Shown piece by piece: positions 17,858-27,493 of a DNA stretch of 64,000 bases (positions are counted from its first letter, which is position 1; every line of letters begins with the position of its first letter). The position numbers were made by a program, and so were the translations under genes. This DNA is from a virus (lineage: Duplodnaviria > Caudoviricetes). The notes under the pieces were generated by a model. That model was not told the DNA's origin. It did not search any database and saw only the letters and a program-made list of their open reading frames with translations. The DNA lies in IMG/VR virus record IMGVR_UViG_2654587921_000002, positions 1 through 64,000 of that record, one strand, 5' to 3'.

Positions 17858-18150
17858 TGGATGATTTCCAAGAAGTTTACCAGTTTTATCAATGTAGCTA
17901 AATCCTTCTCCATCTCCATTTGCAACAACAGCCATCCCTTCTGAAAAATGGCTTGCTGCTACAAATTATCATATTTCCGCTATGGTCAATAAAACCATAT
18001 TTACCATTGACCTCCACTCCTGCAAGCCCCTCAGAAAATTCCGTTCCTCATTTATACTGTAACCTAATTACTTCTTTTTCGTTTTTGTCAACGCAGCCTA
18101 CTTTGTCAGCAATTTAACAAGAGTTCAACCTTCTGAAACTCATGCATAAC
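17858..18150 (-). pseudogene. Degraded WG-repeat (KWG) protein
   Basis: Fragments FSEGLAGVEVNGKYGFIDHSGNMII and FSEGMAVVANGDGEGFSYIDKTG, interrupted by stops and frameshifts. Confidence 0.7.
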
Positions 18151-18249
18151 ACCTGTATATATGCTGCATTATAATAACCACCCTACATGTAAAACCTACC
18201 GTAATTCCGACAGGGCGTACACTTTGCATATGCTAAGCTTTACAAAAGC

Positions 18250-18987
18250 TTATGCTGGTTTTTTATTTTTTGCAAACCTCAATAATGCTATATAATTTAT
18301 AAAACCAAATAGACCAAATGCCACATACAGAGTAGCTTCACGAAACATATAATCTATTACAAGTATTAGCATCCATCCAATAATTGATGAAATAAAACTA
18401 ATTAATAAGTTTCTCTTAATGCCATGTACGCCATTAAACCTAATACCAGAGCCTACTACTAATAGGACACTTTTTGCAACTGGCATAACCATTCCAGCCG
18501 TAAATAACCATACAAGATGAAGAAATGGGTTTTGCGGAAATGAAAAATATAACATATATCCCGGAATAGTTACTGCTAAACCAATTATAGCACCACCTAT
18601 TCCATACTCCCAATCAACTCGTCCTGCTTTTTGACGTATAGTTGAAATGGCACGAATAGCAAAACCATACAGAATTCCATACCAAAGTAAAACCGTCGTA
18701 TTTTGTTCTAACTCGAATCTAACATAATTGTTAGGGTACTTTGAAGTAGCGCCAAGCATAAACATAAATATTAATATTCCTAACCCTACTGCCAATTCAG
18801 CTAACACAGCCATATTATTATTTCCAATTGAGTCATTTCCTACGGCTTTCGACATACTTATAGTGCTTGATATTTCTCCTATCGCACTGGTAGTATCTAT
18901 TCCATCCTGCGCCGTAGCCTTACCACATTTCTGGCAAAAACGAGCACTATCTGGTACTTCTTGACCGCAATGAATACAAAATCGCAT
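18250..18987 (-). CDS. Zinc-ribbon N-terminus + polytopic membrane protein
   Basis: MRFCIHCGQEVPDSARFCQKCG; about six hydrophobic segments. Confidence 0.75.
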   Translation of the reverse strand: MRFCIHCGQEVPDSARFCQKCGKATAQDGIDTTSAIGEISSTISMSKAVGNDSIGNNNMAVLAELAVGLGILIFMFMLGATSKYPNNYVRFELEQNTTVLLWYGILYGFAIRAISTIRQKAGRVDWEYGIGGAIIGLAVTIPGYMLYFSFPQNPFLHLVWLFTAGMVMPVAKSVLLVVGSGIRFNGVHGIKRNLLISFISSIIGWMLILVIDYMFREATLYVAFGLFGFINYIALLRFAKNKKPA

Positions 18988-19018
18988 AAATTAAGTCCCT
19001 CTTTCTTTTTACAAAATA

Positions 19019-20053
19019 TTAATGACCATGTTGAATTATTTTTTGTATGTTATCATCCCCCGGGTAGATATCTCCTTTTATTACGTTACTAACTTTAGCT
19101 GCATCGGGCAATAAATTAGGATTTGTCTGAACCATTTTACCTGAAACGCCCAATTCGATTGGTATATACAGTTGAAAGGTAGTATCAATATCTTTAACAT
19201 GTGCATAGTACATTCCCTCACCACCATACCACAGTTTGCTAACTTTATAATTCTTCCGTATATCTCCTAAAGTACTACCTTTACTCACCTTGTTGGACGC
19301 TAGTTTTGGCTGACCACTTTGAAGTAATTGAATAACAGCCTCTTGCCCTGATGTATTCAGCCCTAGCTTTTGCCAACCGTTCTTTGTCTTTTCTGCGCAT
19401 TGCAGAGCTGTTAACCCTGCCGAATCTTTTGCATTTATTTCTATGTCTTTCGCGCTTAAGAGCACCTGAACAGTTTCTATATATCCTGCTGAAGCTGCAA
19501 GCATTAATGGGGTACCTCCTTTTGTGTCTCTTACATTAACATTGGCACCTTTATCTATTAATAATTTTACAATTTGCGCATTATCACCCGCACAAGCTAA
19601 TTCCAATAAAGTTGCTCCGTCATTATCCTTCAAGTTTGGATTGAGCCCAGATTCTATCAATGCTTTTGCACCATTTACATCTTTATTAAATAAACACTCA
19701 ACAAACTCACTAACAGTAACGTTTTTTGTACTGTTTACTTCCATAGCCTGCTTGGTACTCTCCTGATAAGAACTTTGCACCGAAACAGGTTCGCTTTTTC
19801 CGAAAAAAGCTATCCCTATTCCGATAATCACAACAATACTCCCAATTATTAAATATACGTTTTTATTTTTTAATAGCTGACTTTTTTCTGCCGTATATTT
19901 CAACTCACCTGAAACATCTGCAACCGTAGTAGTATTAACTTCATTGTCGTCACTTGCAGTAAATATACCACGGTAAATTTTTTTGCCACAATTTCGACAG
20001 TATTGTGCTTCATCTGCAGCCTGACTCCCGCAATAATTGCAATAGGACACCAA
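19019..20053 (-). CDS. Zinc-ribbon + TM + ankyrin-repeat protein
   Basis: YCNYCG..YCRNCG; TM IIGSIVVIIGIGIAFF; GATLLELACAGDNAQIVKLLIDKGANVN, GGTPLMLAASAG. Confidence 0.8.
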   Translation of the reverse strand: MVSYCNYCGSQAADEAQYCRNCGKKIYRGIFTASDDNEVNTTTVADVSGELKYTAEKSQLLKNKNVYLIIGSIVVIIGIGIAFFGKSEPVSVQSSYQESTKQAMEVNSTKNVTVSEFVECLFNKDVNGAKALIESGLNPNLKDNDGATLLELACAGDNAQIVKLLIDKGANVNVRDTKGGTPLMLAASAGYIETVQVLLSAKDIEINAKDSAGLTALQCAEKTKNGWQKLGLNTSGQEAVIQLLQSGQPKLASNKVSKGSTLGDIRKNYKVSKLWYGGEGMYYAHVKDIDTTFQLYIPIELGVSGKMVQTNPNLLPDAAKVSNVIKGDIYPGDDNIQKIIQHGH

Positions 20054-20322
20054 ATCTCATCTCCTTTTAGAAACATATCGCAAACAAGAAACCTTGCCTA
20101 TCCTCCATACAGATGACAAACATAATACTATAAATTAGAACCACAATACGAGCAGAACTGAAACCCTTCCATTACAATTACTCCCCCTCTTGAAAAATAG
20201 CGTAGACAAGCGCTCTGCCTACACTATTCTTATAACAAAATAACACTCTCTTTAAGAAACCTTGCATTCCCTGGAACTTGTTGTCCGCAATTTATACAGA
20301 ACATAACCTACCTCCATGATAA

Positions 20323-20859
20323 TTACTCCTGCTTTGACTCCCCTAATAAAATTATCTGCTCACTAATTGTTGCTTGTATATGTAAATGTGCAGGTGGTTC
20401 TGACGGTATTTGCGCTTCTACATCGGCCTTGGCACTTTTAACACCAGTTTGTAATATTTCTTTTAGCTCCTCCAATTCACTACGCATTTTGTTATTCTGG
20501 ATTTTTAAATCTTCAAGCACTTCTTCCCAAATTTTCATGACCATCGTATACTTTTCTGCCTCTTCCGAACTAGTGGCCTGTTTAGCCATTTCAGCTGCTT
20601 CTTCTGCCTTTTTCTTTACCTCTTCCTGTTTGCGCATATTCTCTTCCTGTTGGCGTACATTGCTTGAAGTAAAATAATCCTTTATTTTATTTTCAAAGGC
20701 AACAATGGCTACTATTACTACTTCAACTATATATTCTCTAATTCTTGGCCATATGGATTCAACAAACCAAGGCCAAAATTTTTCTACCGCCCATATTTTA
20801 ATCATTCCCACTATCTGCTGCCATACTTTTTGTTTGAAATTCATTTGCATTTTTCCCAT
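20323..20859 (-). CDS. Hypothetical protein, Trp-rich amphipathic N-terminus + coiled coil
   Basis: ORF track; KVWQQIVGMIKIWAVEKFWPWF followed by an EKQ-rich helix. Confidence 0.6.
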   Translation of the reverse strand: MGKMQMNFKQKVWQQIVGMIKIWAVEKFWPWFVESIWPRIREYIVEVVIVAIVAFENKIKDYFTSSNVRQQEENMRKQEEVKKKAEEAAEMAKQATSSEEAEKYTMVMKIWEEVLEDLKIQNNKMRSELEELKEILQTGVKSAKADVEAQIPSEPPAHLHIQATISEQIILLGESKQE

Positions 20860-21025
20860 CTTTTAAATTAATCTTAAATTCCAGCAATTCTTTTAGTGTC
20901 ATTTCGTATCTTTTATTCTGGTAAATTCTACATTTATTGCTTCATTCCTGCTTTCGTGCGACTTTTTGTCACCTATGTTGAACTCTATATATAAACAAAT
21001 TATGTTTATATATAGAGGTGAAATA

Positions 21026-21352
21026 ATGGAACATTTAGGAAGCAGAATAAGATTGGTGCGTGGCGAAAGGACACAAGATGATTTTGCCTCCTCTATTGGA
21101 GTTGACCGTACTACTTTATCAGCCTACGAACGCGGCAGGAGAGAGCCTGATTTGAAAACGCTATTAATTATTGCCCAGTTTGGCCGCGTTAGTCTTGACT
21201 GGTTGGCAGGTCGCCATAGCAATCCTTCTATCGAGCGCGCCCAAGCCTACAATGACCCCAAATGGTCTGAAGTCCAAGAGCTTGCCTTAAGCCATAATGT
21301 AAAACCCGTTAAAATCGAACAACTAATCAAAGCCGCTCTAGCCTTGAAATAA
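21026..21352 (+). CDS. XRE-family HTH regulator (probable element repressor)
   Basis: LGSRIRLVR..TQDDFASSIGVDRTTLSAYERGRREPDLKTL; RBS GAGGTG. Confidence 0.88.
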   Translation: MEHLGSRIRLVRGERTQDDFASSIGVDRTTLSAYERGRREPDLKTLLIIAQFGRVSLDWLAGRHSNPSIERAQAYNDPKWSEVQELALSHNVKPVKIEQLIKAALALK

Positions 21353-21426
21353 TGGCATAAAAAAGAGACGGCTTTTTTAATTTGCCGCCTCTTCCTTAGT
21401 AACCCAGTACTCATATGGCTCGAATT

Positions 21427-21510
21427 CTATATCTCGTTTTCCTCCAGCAGTTCACGGTTTTCCCGCTCTAGTTTTCTCAGCCACTCATCATCTGGACTGA
21501 GCTTACCTTG
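21427..21510 (-). pseudogene. IS3-family OrfA remnant
   Basis: QGKLSPDDEWLRKLERENRELLEENEI* resembles the C-terminal leucine zipper of IS3 OrfA. Confidence 0.5.
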
Positions 21511-21565
21511 TTATTGAAAGTATGTTTATCATAATTGAAAAGCGGGAATTACTATATTGTCCTTT

Positions 21566-24500
21566 TTAATCTAGACTACCAACTTCCTGAAGTAACTTTG
21601 GAACACGAACATCCTTCTTGCGAAGCTCTGCAAGAACATCGGTTTTTTTATTTTTTGGCAACCGTTGCAAAGCCAACACGCAATCACCGATAATATTTTC
21701 TAAAGTAGTTTCGTTACTGCCTCGAACATATCTAGTGTGATAATAAAACATAAGTTTAAATAAGACAAGTTTTAATAAATCTCGATTTTTTACTTCTTCT
21801 GCAAACTTAGCAAGTTCTTGCAGAAAATTAGGCATTTTTAAATCCGCATATAAAAACACATACATAAATTTTGAAAACTCATTTGCTTCGGCATCCATAA
21901 CCTGCTTAACTGTCTTGGCAAGTTTCGCAGTACCAATACTTTCAGCAGCAATGTTTTGTACTACTATCGGGGCAGTTATGCTAAGAAGGTCATAAAGGAA
22001 TTCTATATCTTCATTACGTTCATCTCGAACTTCAGTATTAGCCCCCCTACTATGATGATGGTTAATCATTTCTATCATGGTAGCCAGAAACACTCTATAA
22101 CCTTGTATGCATTTTTTTAATGAGTTTAGTTTAGTATTTTTGTCAGCTCTTTCATTATTCTTAATAATACGCCCATACAGGTGCAATGTTTTAAAGAAAA
22201 CTCGCCCTTCAAATGGGGATGTTTCTGCCTTTATAACCTTGGGTCTTACCGCTTCCCTACCATTATCAGGTACGTCTACCAAAGAATCATGTTCTTCCTC
22301 GGAAAGTTTGTTCTCTCTTAATTCCTGTTTTAGCCCTTCTGCATCAGCTTCCATCTCTAGTCTAAGACTAAAGCTTTCGAGATTAGCAAGTAGATGTAAA
22401 TACTTTTCAACAAAAGGTTCTAACTTACCTTCTATTCTAGTTAAGATGTCTTTGCGGTTCCTTTGAATTCCCGCAATAAAACATAATTCATTGCTACATT
22501 GCAAGTAGTTTTCATCCCGAAGCATCCATTCAAGAGCCTCATTATCTACAATTGCCCTTTTAGCTAAATAATATTCAAACAAACAGTGATACCGAAAGTA
22601 GACCATTCCCTCATTCTCAGTTAGAATTTGTTTATCAAAGAAAAGCTTGCCGAATTTGCTTTCTACTAAACTCAAATCCATATCATCAAAGTATTGGGTT
22701 GCTAACTTTAAAAAATCTTCTTTAGTTATTTGGGAGTTAGGCGCGCTTACAATTTTCCATGCAATGTAAGCAAGAAAATCTTCTTTAAATGAAAAATCAT
22801 AAGTACTTCGATATGTATCATTAGGGGATAACTTTTCTAAAATTATTTCCATGAAGCGCTCCATGACTGATGCTTCGTTGACAGGAATAAAGTCTTCTTG
22901 GTAATTACTACAAATAGCAAGAATTAGTGATACATTAAAGGGCGTTCTGGGCATACCAACACATCTCAGGTACAGCATTACTCGGTCTAGCAGTTGGTCC
23001 AAATCCACGGTTCTACCATCAAACCATTTTGAAGCAATTTTTCTAATAGCATGTCGTGAAAAAGTATGCATATATATTTTTTCATATGCACATCCAAAAT
23101 CATGTAACTCATCAGCCTTTACTGTATGAAAAATGTCTTCGTTCATAGTAAAAATAAATCGGTTTGTGGGATATGTTAATGTGAATGCCCGTAAATATTC
23201 ATGTTGCTTTGGTTGGTAATAATCATAATTATCAAATTGTACTACGCATTGACCGGCATTTAGGAGTTGCTTTATCTGCTCTACCGTCAGATACTCTTCA
23301 GGCAACGTATGCTTAGAAACGAACGATTGCATACTTTTTTCAATTGGTTCAATGCCTTGAAGTCGCTTCTTCAAGTCTATAATAAACGGTATTTTTTTTC
23401 TCTCGCCAAATTCGGATAGGTATTTCAGTGTAATATAGTTAAGAATGGTGCTTTTACCGAGTTCCTTTTTTCCGAGTAGTACAAGGTTCTCATTGCCCCT
23501 TATAAGGTCGTCTATATCTACGTGCTCTTGTTGGTCTTCTTCCTCCTTCTGATATTCGGATTGCTTACTTAACGGTTGCGAAACAAAAAGTTCTTCAAAC
23601 TTTTGCGGTGCACTTTTATCAATAATATGAGTCAATAAGTCCTTATTTATTTTTTCTGTGAAACCATCCTTCAGCGGTTTAGCTACCTTATATGCGTTTT
23701 GCATTGCCGGGTTGCTACAGTTAAGTTGCCAATTATAATGACCATTAGAGCATATTCTGAGGGCTTCATCAAAGGAGTCTCGCTCATCGTAATATTCGCG
23801 AAAATATACATTTACCTCCTTTATGAATGGATTAATGGAAAGCAAAGAATAGCCATTAAAATACGAACGCCCTTGAAATATCGAACCACCACTAGAAAAA
23901 AGGGTCGATTGTTTAGGGCCGATGACCTGCTTGTCCCATGAATTATGTAAATGACCACTTAAGACAATATCAAATTTCCTTAGTGCAACTTCTACTGAAT
24001 CTTGGTCCTCATCGATTAACCAGTCTAAAGGGTGATGCATCAGGGCTATCTTAATGTTGCATGAAGAAATACTCGCATATGCACGCTCCACTTGCCTCTG
24101 CCCTATAACTAACTTTCGTTTGTCCTCTGCTCCCTTACCAGCTGCCCGCCATGCTGAATCCAAACATGCAAAACCAATAGAAGTATCGCTTACTTGCTTT
24201 ATAAATGCAGCACCTAATCCTTTTGGATGCTTCCAGACAGCCTCACTTTGAAAATCTTGAAGAAATTTGTAAAAAGGAAGTATTCTCGCATTGTGTGTGT
24301 CTTTTAATTCACTATCAATAAAAGTATTTATTGCGTCCTTTGATTTCAGTTTCGTAAGTAAACCGGCCTCTATAACAGCATCAATAGCAGTTGTATCAAC
24401 ATCATGATTACCAGGTACAATTAAAAAATGTGACGCGTCTAAATCGGTTATCTTTAAAATTGGGGTAATAAAACTATCCATTGCCATTTCCAATTGGTTT

Positions 24501-24688
24501 TCACCTTGCCAAGCGTGTTGTCCCTGGGCAATGAGGTCTCCCGTAAAGCACACAAAATTAACTTTTCCCTTATCTTTAATAAAAGTTGCAATATCGTCTT
24601 TTAAGGCATTAACTACTTTTTGCACATCAAATTCGCGTTTCTTGCATATATGTAGGTCAGACAGATGTAATATGTTTATTTGTTCCGT
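21566..24688 (-). CDS. Calcineurin-like metallophosphoesterase fused to STAND/NACHT-type NTPase (candidate anti-phage NLR-like protein)
   Basis: LHLSDLH (upstream of GTG 24625), FTGDL, VPGNHD, ALMHHP, LSGHLH; Walker A GKKELGKST; Walker B VVQFDNYD; long helical C-terminus. RBS GGGGGA lies 6 nt before ACG at 24688. Confidence 0.85.
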   Translation of the reverse strand, partial: TEQINILHLSDLHICKKREFDVQKVVNALKDDIATFIKDKGKVNFVCFTGDLIAQGQHAWQGENQLEMAMDSFITPILKITDLDASHFLIVPGNHDVDTTAIDAVIEAGLLTKLKSKDAINTFIDSELKDTHNARILPFYKFLQDFQSEAVWKHPKGLGAAFIKQVSDTSIGFACLDSAWRAAGKGAEDKRKLVIGQRQVERAYASISSCNIKIALMHHPLDWLIDEDQDSVEVALRKFDIVLSGHLHNSWDKQVIGPKQSTLFSSGGSIFQGRSYFNGYSLLSINPFIKEVNVYFREYYDERDSFDEALRICSNGHYNWQLNCSNPAMQNAYKVAKPLKDGFTEKINKDLLTHIIDKSAPQKFEELFVSQPLSKQSEYQKEEEDQQEHVDIDDLIRGNENLVLLGKKELGKSTILNYITLKYLSEFGERKKIPFIIDLKKRLQGIEPIEKSMQSFVSKHTLPEEYLTVEQIKQLLNAGQCVVQFDNYDYYQPKQHEYLRAFTLTYPTNRFIFTMNEDIFHTVKADELHDFGCAYEKIYMHTFSRHAIRKIASKWFDGRTVDLDQLLDRVMLYLRCVGMPRTPFNVSLILAICSNYQEDFIPVNEASVMERFMEIILEKLSPNDTYRSTYDFSFKEDFLAYIAWKIVSAPNSQITKEDFLKLATQYFDDMDLSLVESKFGKLFFDKQILTENEGMVYFRYHCLFEYYLAKRAIVDNEALEWMLRDENYLQCSNELCFIAGIQRNRKDILTRIEGKLEPFVEKYLHLLANLESFSLRLEMEADAEGLKQELRENKLSEEEHDSLVDVPDNGREAVRPKVIKAETSPFEGRVFFKTLHLYGRIIKNNERADKNTKLNSLKKCIQGYRVFLATMIEMINHHHSRGANTEVRDERNEDIEFLYDLLSITAPIVVQNIAAESIGTAKLAKTVKQVMDAEANEFSKFMYVFLYADLKMPNFLQELAKFAEEVKNRDLLKLVLFKLMFYYHTRYVRGSNETTLENIIGDCVLALQRLPKNKKTDVLAELRKKDVRVPKLLQEVGSLD

Positions 24689-25046
24689 ATAAATTCCCCC
24701 TAGGTAATATTTGGAGGTTCAGCAATGAAAAATAAAAAAATACTGAGCATTCTTTTAAAACAAAAATCTAAAAAAGATATAATCAATGCCCTCCGAGTAC
24801 ATAGAGCAAACATGGAAAAAAATATTACGCCCTACAAAACATAGATTACTAATTGTAATATTCCATATTTTAGCACATTTTTCTTGAAATATCTACATTA
24901 TCCGAGACCAAAACGCAATCTTTCATACACCAGCAATTACATTTTCATATTTTCTTTGCCTATTTTGTAAACTTTATTATGTCAGTCTAATGCTGATATA
25001 TATTTTTATAAACAAATTAGGGCCCAGTTTACACTAGGCCCAAAAA

Positions 25047-26561
25047 TTACGCAGCATCGGGTGATTCATCCCCGGCATCGCCGGTATCCTTGGTTGTACG
25101 ACTATCTTCAACAATCTGCCCACCCTCAGATTGTGCTTCTCCGGGGATAGCGGTGATAACATCGCTAGTGTTAATGCGTTTTAATTCTATGACAGTTTTG
25201 TTCTTATTTGTATTGGTGCCAAATGTACATTCGACATTCTTGGCGCGAAGATTGCTGGTTATTTCTCTAATATGCCTTGACACTGCATTCGGCATCTTAG
25301 GAAAACTATAAGTAGGGTTTTGTTCCCTAAGTTTAGTTAATAACTCCGTAGTATAGCCGTTCCAGCTACCCTCCTGTTCAACAAGTCTAACAATAGCGTC
25401 AGCAACTGGGTCGCTAGCTACAACTTCATCATTTACCATAGAGATATTGCTGCTATATGCGTCTAGAAAGGTTTTACCGCCAATACCTGCCGCCTCTGCG
25501 ATAGCATAACCCCATTTAGCAAAATCAGCCATTCGAGGCAGTTTTTCTATTTGAAGGTCAGTTGTCATCAAACATTTGGCTTCCACTAACACATCAAATA
25601 TAGCGCCTAATATGAAAGGCTGCTTTTCTTTAAAAGATTTCCAGAAAGTTTCCTCTGTCTGGCGTTGTTCTTCTCCTATCCGCATTACTTCAAACAGCAA
25701 CATCCTGTCCAGTAAGTCTGACCGCCTAGCCGCTAGATTAACGCCGTTAAGGGTAATACACGACTTAACCGAAATGATGATATCCTCCGTGTCAGTATAT
25801 AGCTTCCGTTTATGTACCGCCCCGCCTGTTACAGCGCAACATAGCAAATCTGACACACTAGGGGATAACGTACTAAGGTTATCGAATGCAGGCATATAAT
25901 TGTGCGCTATTAATTGAGCCAGTTCATTCTGACTTCGCGGCAACACCATAAGTTCGTGCTTCGCCGGGTCAACCAGTTTTCGCAATAGCCTTAGTGCTGT
26001 GCTTTTTGCTGCCCCTTTTTCACCATAAAAATTAGGGATAGGGTGCGCTATATCCGGTACAAAACAGGTGACTAAGTATACCATAAACAGTATTTTATCC
26101 TTATCATTCATCAAGTTAATAAACTCTAATACATCTTTCAGCTTCACACCATCATTTCGCTGCGGAGCTATTTGTTCTCTCTTATTTTTGTGACATTTAA
26201 AATAAACTGGCGGGCTGCTGATTACCTCCCAGCTATCTCTTCCAACTTTTACGGCAGACTCGCCAAGGTCATAATAGAAGTCTTGGTCTTCTTTTGCAAC
26301 TCTTAAGTGTAACCGACGCTCACTGGTATTCTGCCTAGCTAATACCTCAATATGATGGATATAGTCCTTAAGCTGCTGTCTCTTGGGCATCTTGCCAAGT
26401 TGGTTTTTGTGCTCCCAGTAGAGCATATCCTCAATGGATTGGTCATTAGGTGGGTAGACTTTTTGCCCATTAGCTACGTAGATTTCTCCTTCAGATGATT
26501 TTAGTAGGGTTAGACTCTTATCTTGGATAAGACGTTCGATATCAATAATGTTGTAGACCAT
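25047..26561 (-). CDS. Second replication-type P-loop protein (SF3/primase-associated helicase-like)
   Basis: FYYDLG, NFYGEKGAAKST, AFDNLSTL..SDLLCCAVTGG..RKLYT, NG..RRSDLLDR. Confidence 0.6.
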   Translation of the reverse strand: MVYNIIDIERLIQDKSLTLLKSSEGEIYVANGQKVYPPNDQSIEDMLYWEHKNQLGKMPKRQQLKDYIHHIEVLARQNTSERRLHLRVAKEDQDFYYDLGESAVKVGRDSWEVISSPPVYFKCHKNKREQIAPQRNDGVKLKDVLEFINLMNDKDKILFMVYLVTCFVPDIAHPIPNFYGEKGAAKSTALRLLRKLVDPAKHELMVLPRSQNELAQLIAHNYMPAFDNLSTLSPSVSDLLCCAVTGGAVHKRKLYTDTEDIIISVKSCITLNGVNLAARRSDLLDRMLLFEVMRIGEEQRQTEETFWKSFKEKQPFILGAIFDVLVEAKCLMTTDLQIEKLPRMADFAKWGYAIAEAAGIGGKTFLDAYSSNISMVNDEVVASDPVADAIVRLVEQEGSWNGYTTELLTKLREQNPTYSFPKMPNAVSRHIREITSNLRAKNVECTFGTNTNKNKTVIELKRINTSDVITAIPGEAQSEGGQIVEDSRTTKDTGDAGDESPDAA

Positions 26562-26759
26562 ATTTTAAAATCCTCCTGTTAGATTTGTTCTTTCATTTTA
26601 CCGCTTAACTCACATTTTTTGTCAGCATTCTACGATTATAATTCGATTACCGAAAAAGCCATCGACATTTTTTAAAATAGCTTTCACTAAATTTATAAAT
26701 CAGTAGCTTCTAACTAAAATTCATACACTATCCCATTGTCTACAGCGTATTATTTCGTC

Positions 26760-26784
26760 TTTTGTCCCGCTGATTGTCCCGCAA
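26760..26784. promoter_or_regulatory. Putative integrase arm-type sites (right end of element)
   Basis: TTTTGTCCCGCTGATTGTCCCGCAA, matches 733-757. Confidence 0.7.
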
Positions 26785-26829
26785 GCACAAAAAAGCCCTC
26801 CAAGCAGATGCCTGGAAGGCCTGATTTTA

Positions 26830-26876
26830 CTGGAGCGGGCAACGAGATTCGAACTCGCGACCCACGGCTTGGGAAT
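26830..26876 (-). repeat. att site: second 3' half of tRNA-Gly(CCC), junction of element and prophage
   Basis: 47/47 identical to 572-618; not continued by the 5' half of a tRNA. Confidence 0.92.
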
Positions 26877-26972
26877 GCGATTCCTGAACGTGTCATCATT
26901 CCCAAGAGCCGCGAATAATCTATGTTTGTTAAATTCTACAAATGGCGCCCAGATACTAAAAACGGTCACAAA

Positions 26973-27001
26973 TTGCACACTTCTGCACACCGATTGCACA
27001 C
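26973..27001. promoter_or_regulatory. Putative arm-type sites of the prophage integrase (3 x TGCACAC)
   Basis: TTGCACAC-TT-CTGCACAC-CGA-TTGCACAC, about 100 bp inside the att. Confidence 0.55.
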
Positions 27002-27016
27002 CAAAAGCTATGCATG

Positions 27017-27289
27017 TCAAAGCTGTTTTGTGGTGTCACGTGCTTCCAAATATCCATGCTTATAATGCTTTGCGCACGTAGCTGCAAACATAAATATCAC
27101 AGTATTAATATCTGACTCTGATAAGTTCATACTTTTAAGTAAGTCATGAGCAATCTTTAAAGACTGACTATCTACACGACGGGAAAAGCAATAATTTATT
27201 CCCTCAACTATAACATTTGTATTTGAATTGCTATTCATCACGCCACTCCTCATGCTAATAATTTTTATATCTATTGCTTGCAAAGTCAT
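27017..27289 (-). CDS. Hypothetical protein
   Basis: ORF track only. Confidence 0.45.
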   Translation of the reverse strand: MTLQAIDIKIISMRSGVMNSNSNTNVIVEGINYCFSRRVDSQSLKIAHDLLKSMNLSESDINTVIFMFAATCAKHYKHGYLEARDTTKQL

Positions 27290-27368
27290 GATATTTTATA
27301 TATGATTATCATGTAATTTTAAGTAGCGTTTTCGCATTTTTTGTCGAAAACACTCTTATAAACTTGTA

Positions 27369-27398
27369 ATCCAGTCCCCTGGCCGGGACTGGATTTTT
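27369..27398. terminator. Hairpin ATCCAGTCCC-ctggcc-GGGACTGGAT with T tail
   Basis: 10-bp perfect stem. Confidence 0.65.
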
Positions 27399-27493
27399 CT
27401 GTTTACGAAGTATCAATATATATCATAAAATACCTCCTTACAAATAACTCAATTGAGTTTTATATTAAATTGAAATAGCTTTATATTAAATGC

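Larger units (their letters stand above)
619..26829. mobile_element. 26-kb integrative element (tyrosine integrase, primase-helicase, no virion or conjugation genes)
   Basis: Bounded by identical 47-bp tRNA-Gly att copies, with matching 25-bp arm-type repeats inside both ends; carries int, xis and primase/DUF927. Confidence 0.88.

Noticed and set aside
17920-18117. Plus-strand 65-aa ORF
   Set aside because: Shadow of the minus-strand WG-repeat pseudogene.
24625-24625. GTG 24625 as the true start of the STAND gene
   Set aside because: It would drop the DxH metal motif and has no RBS.
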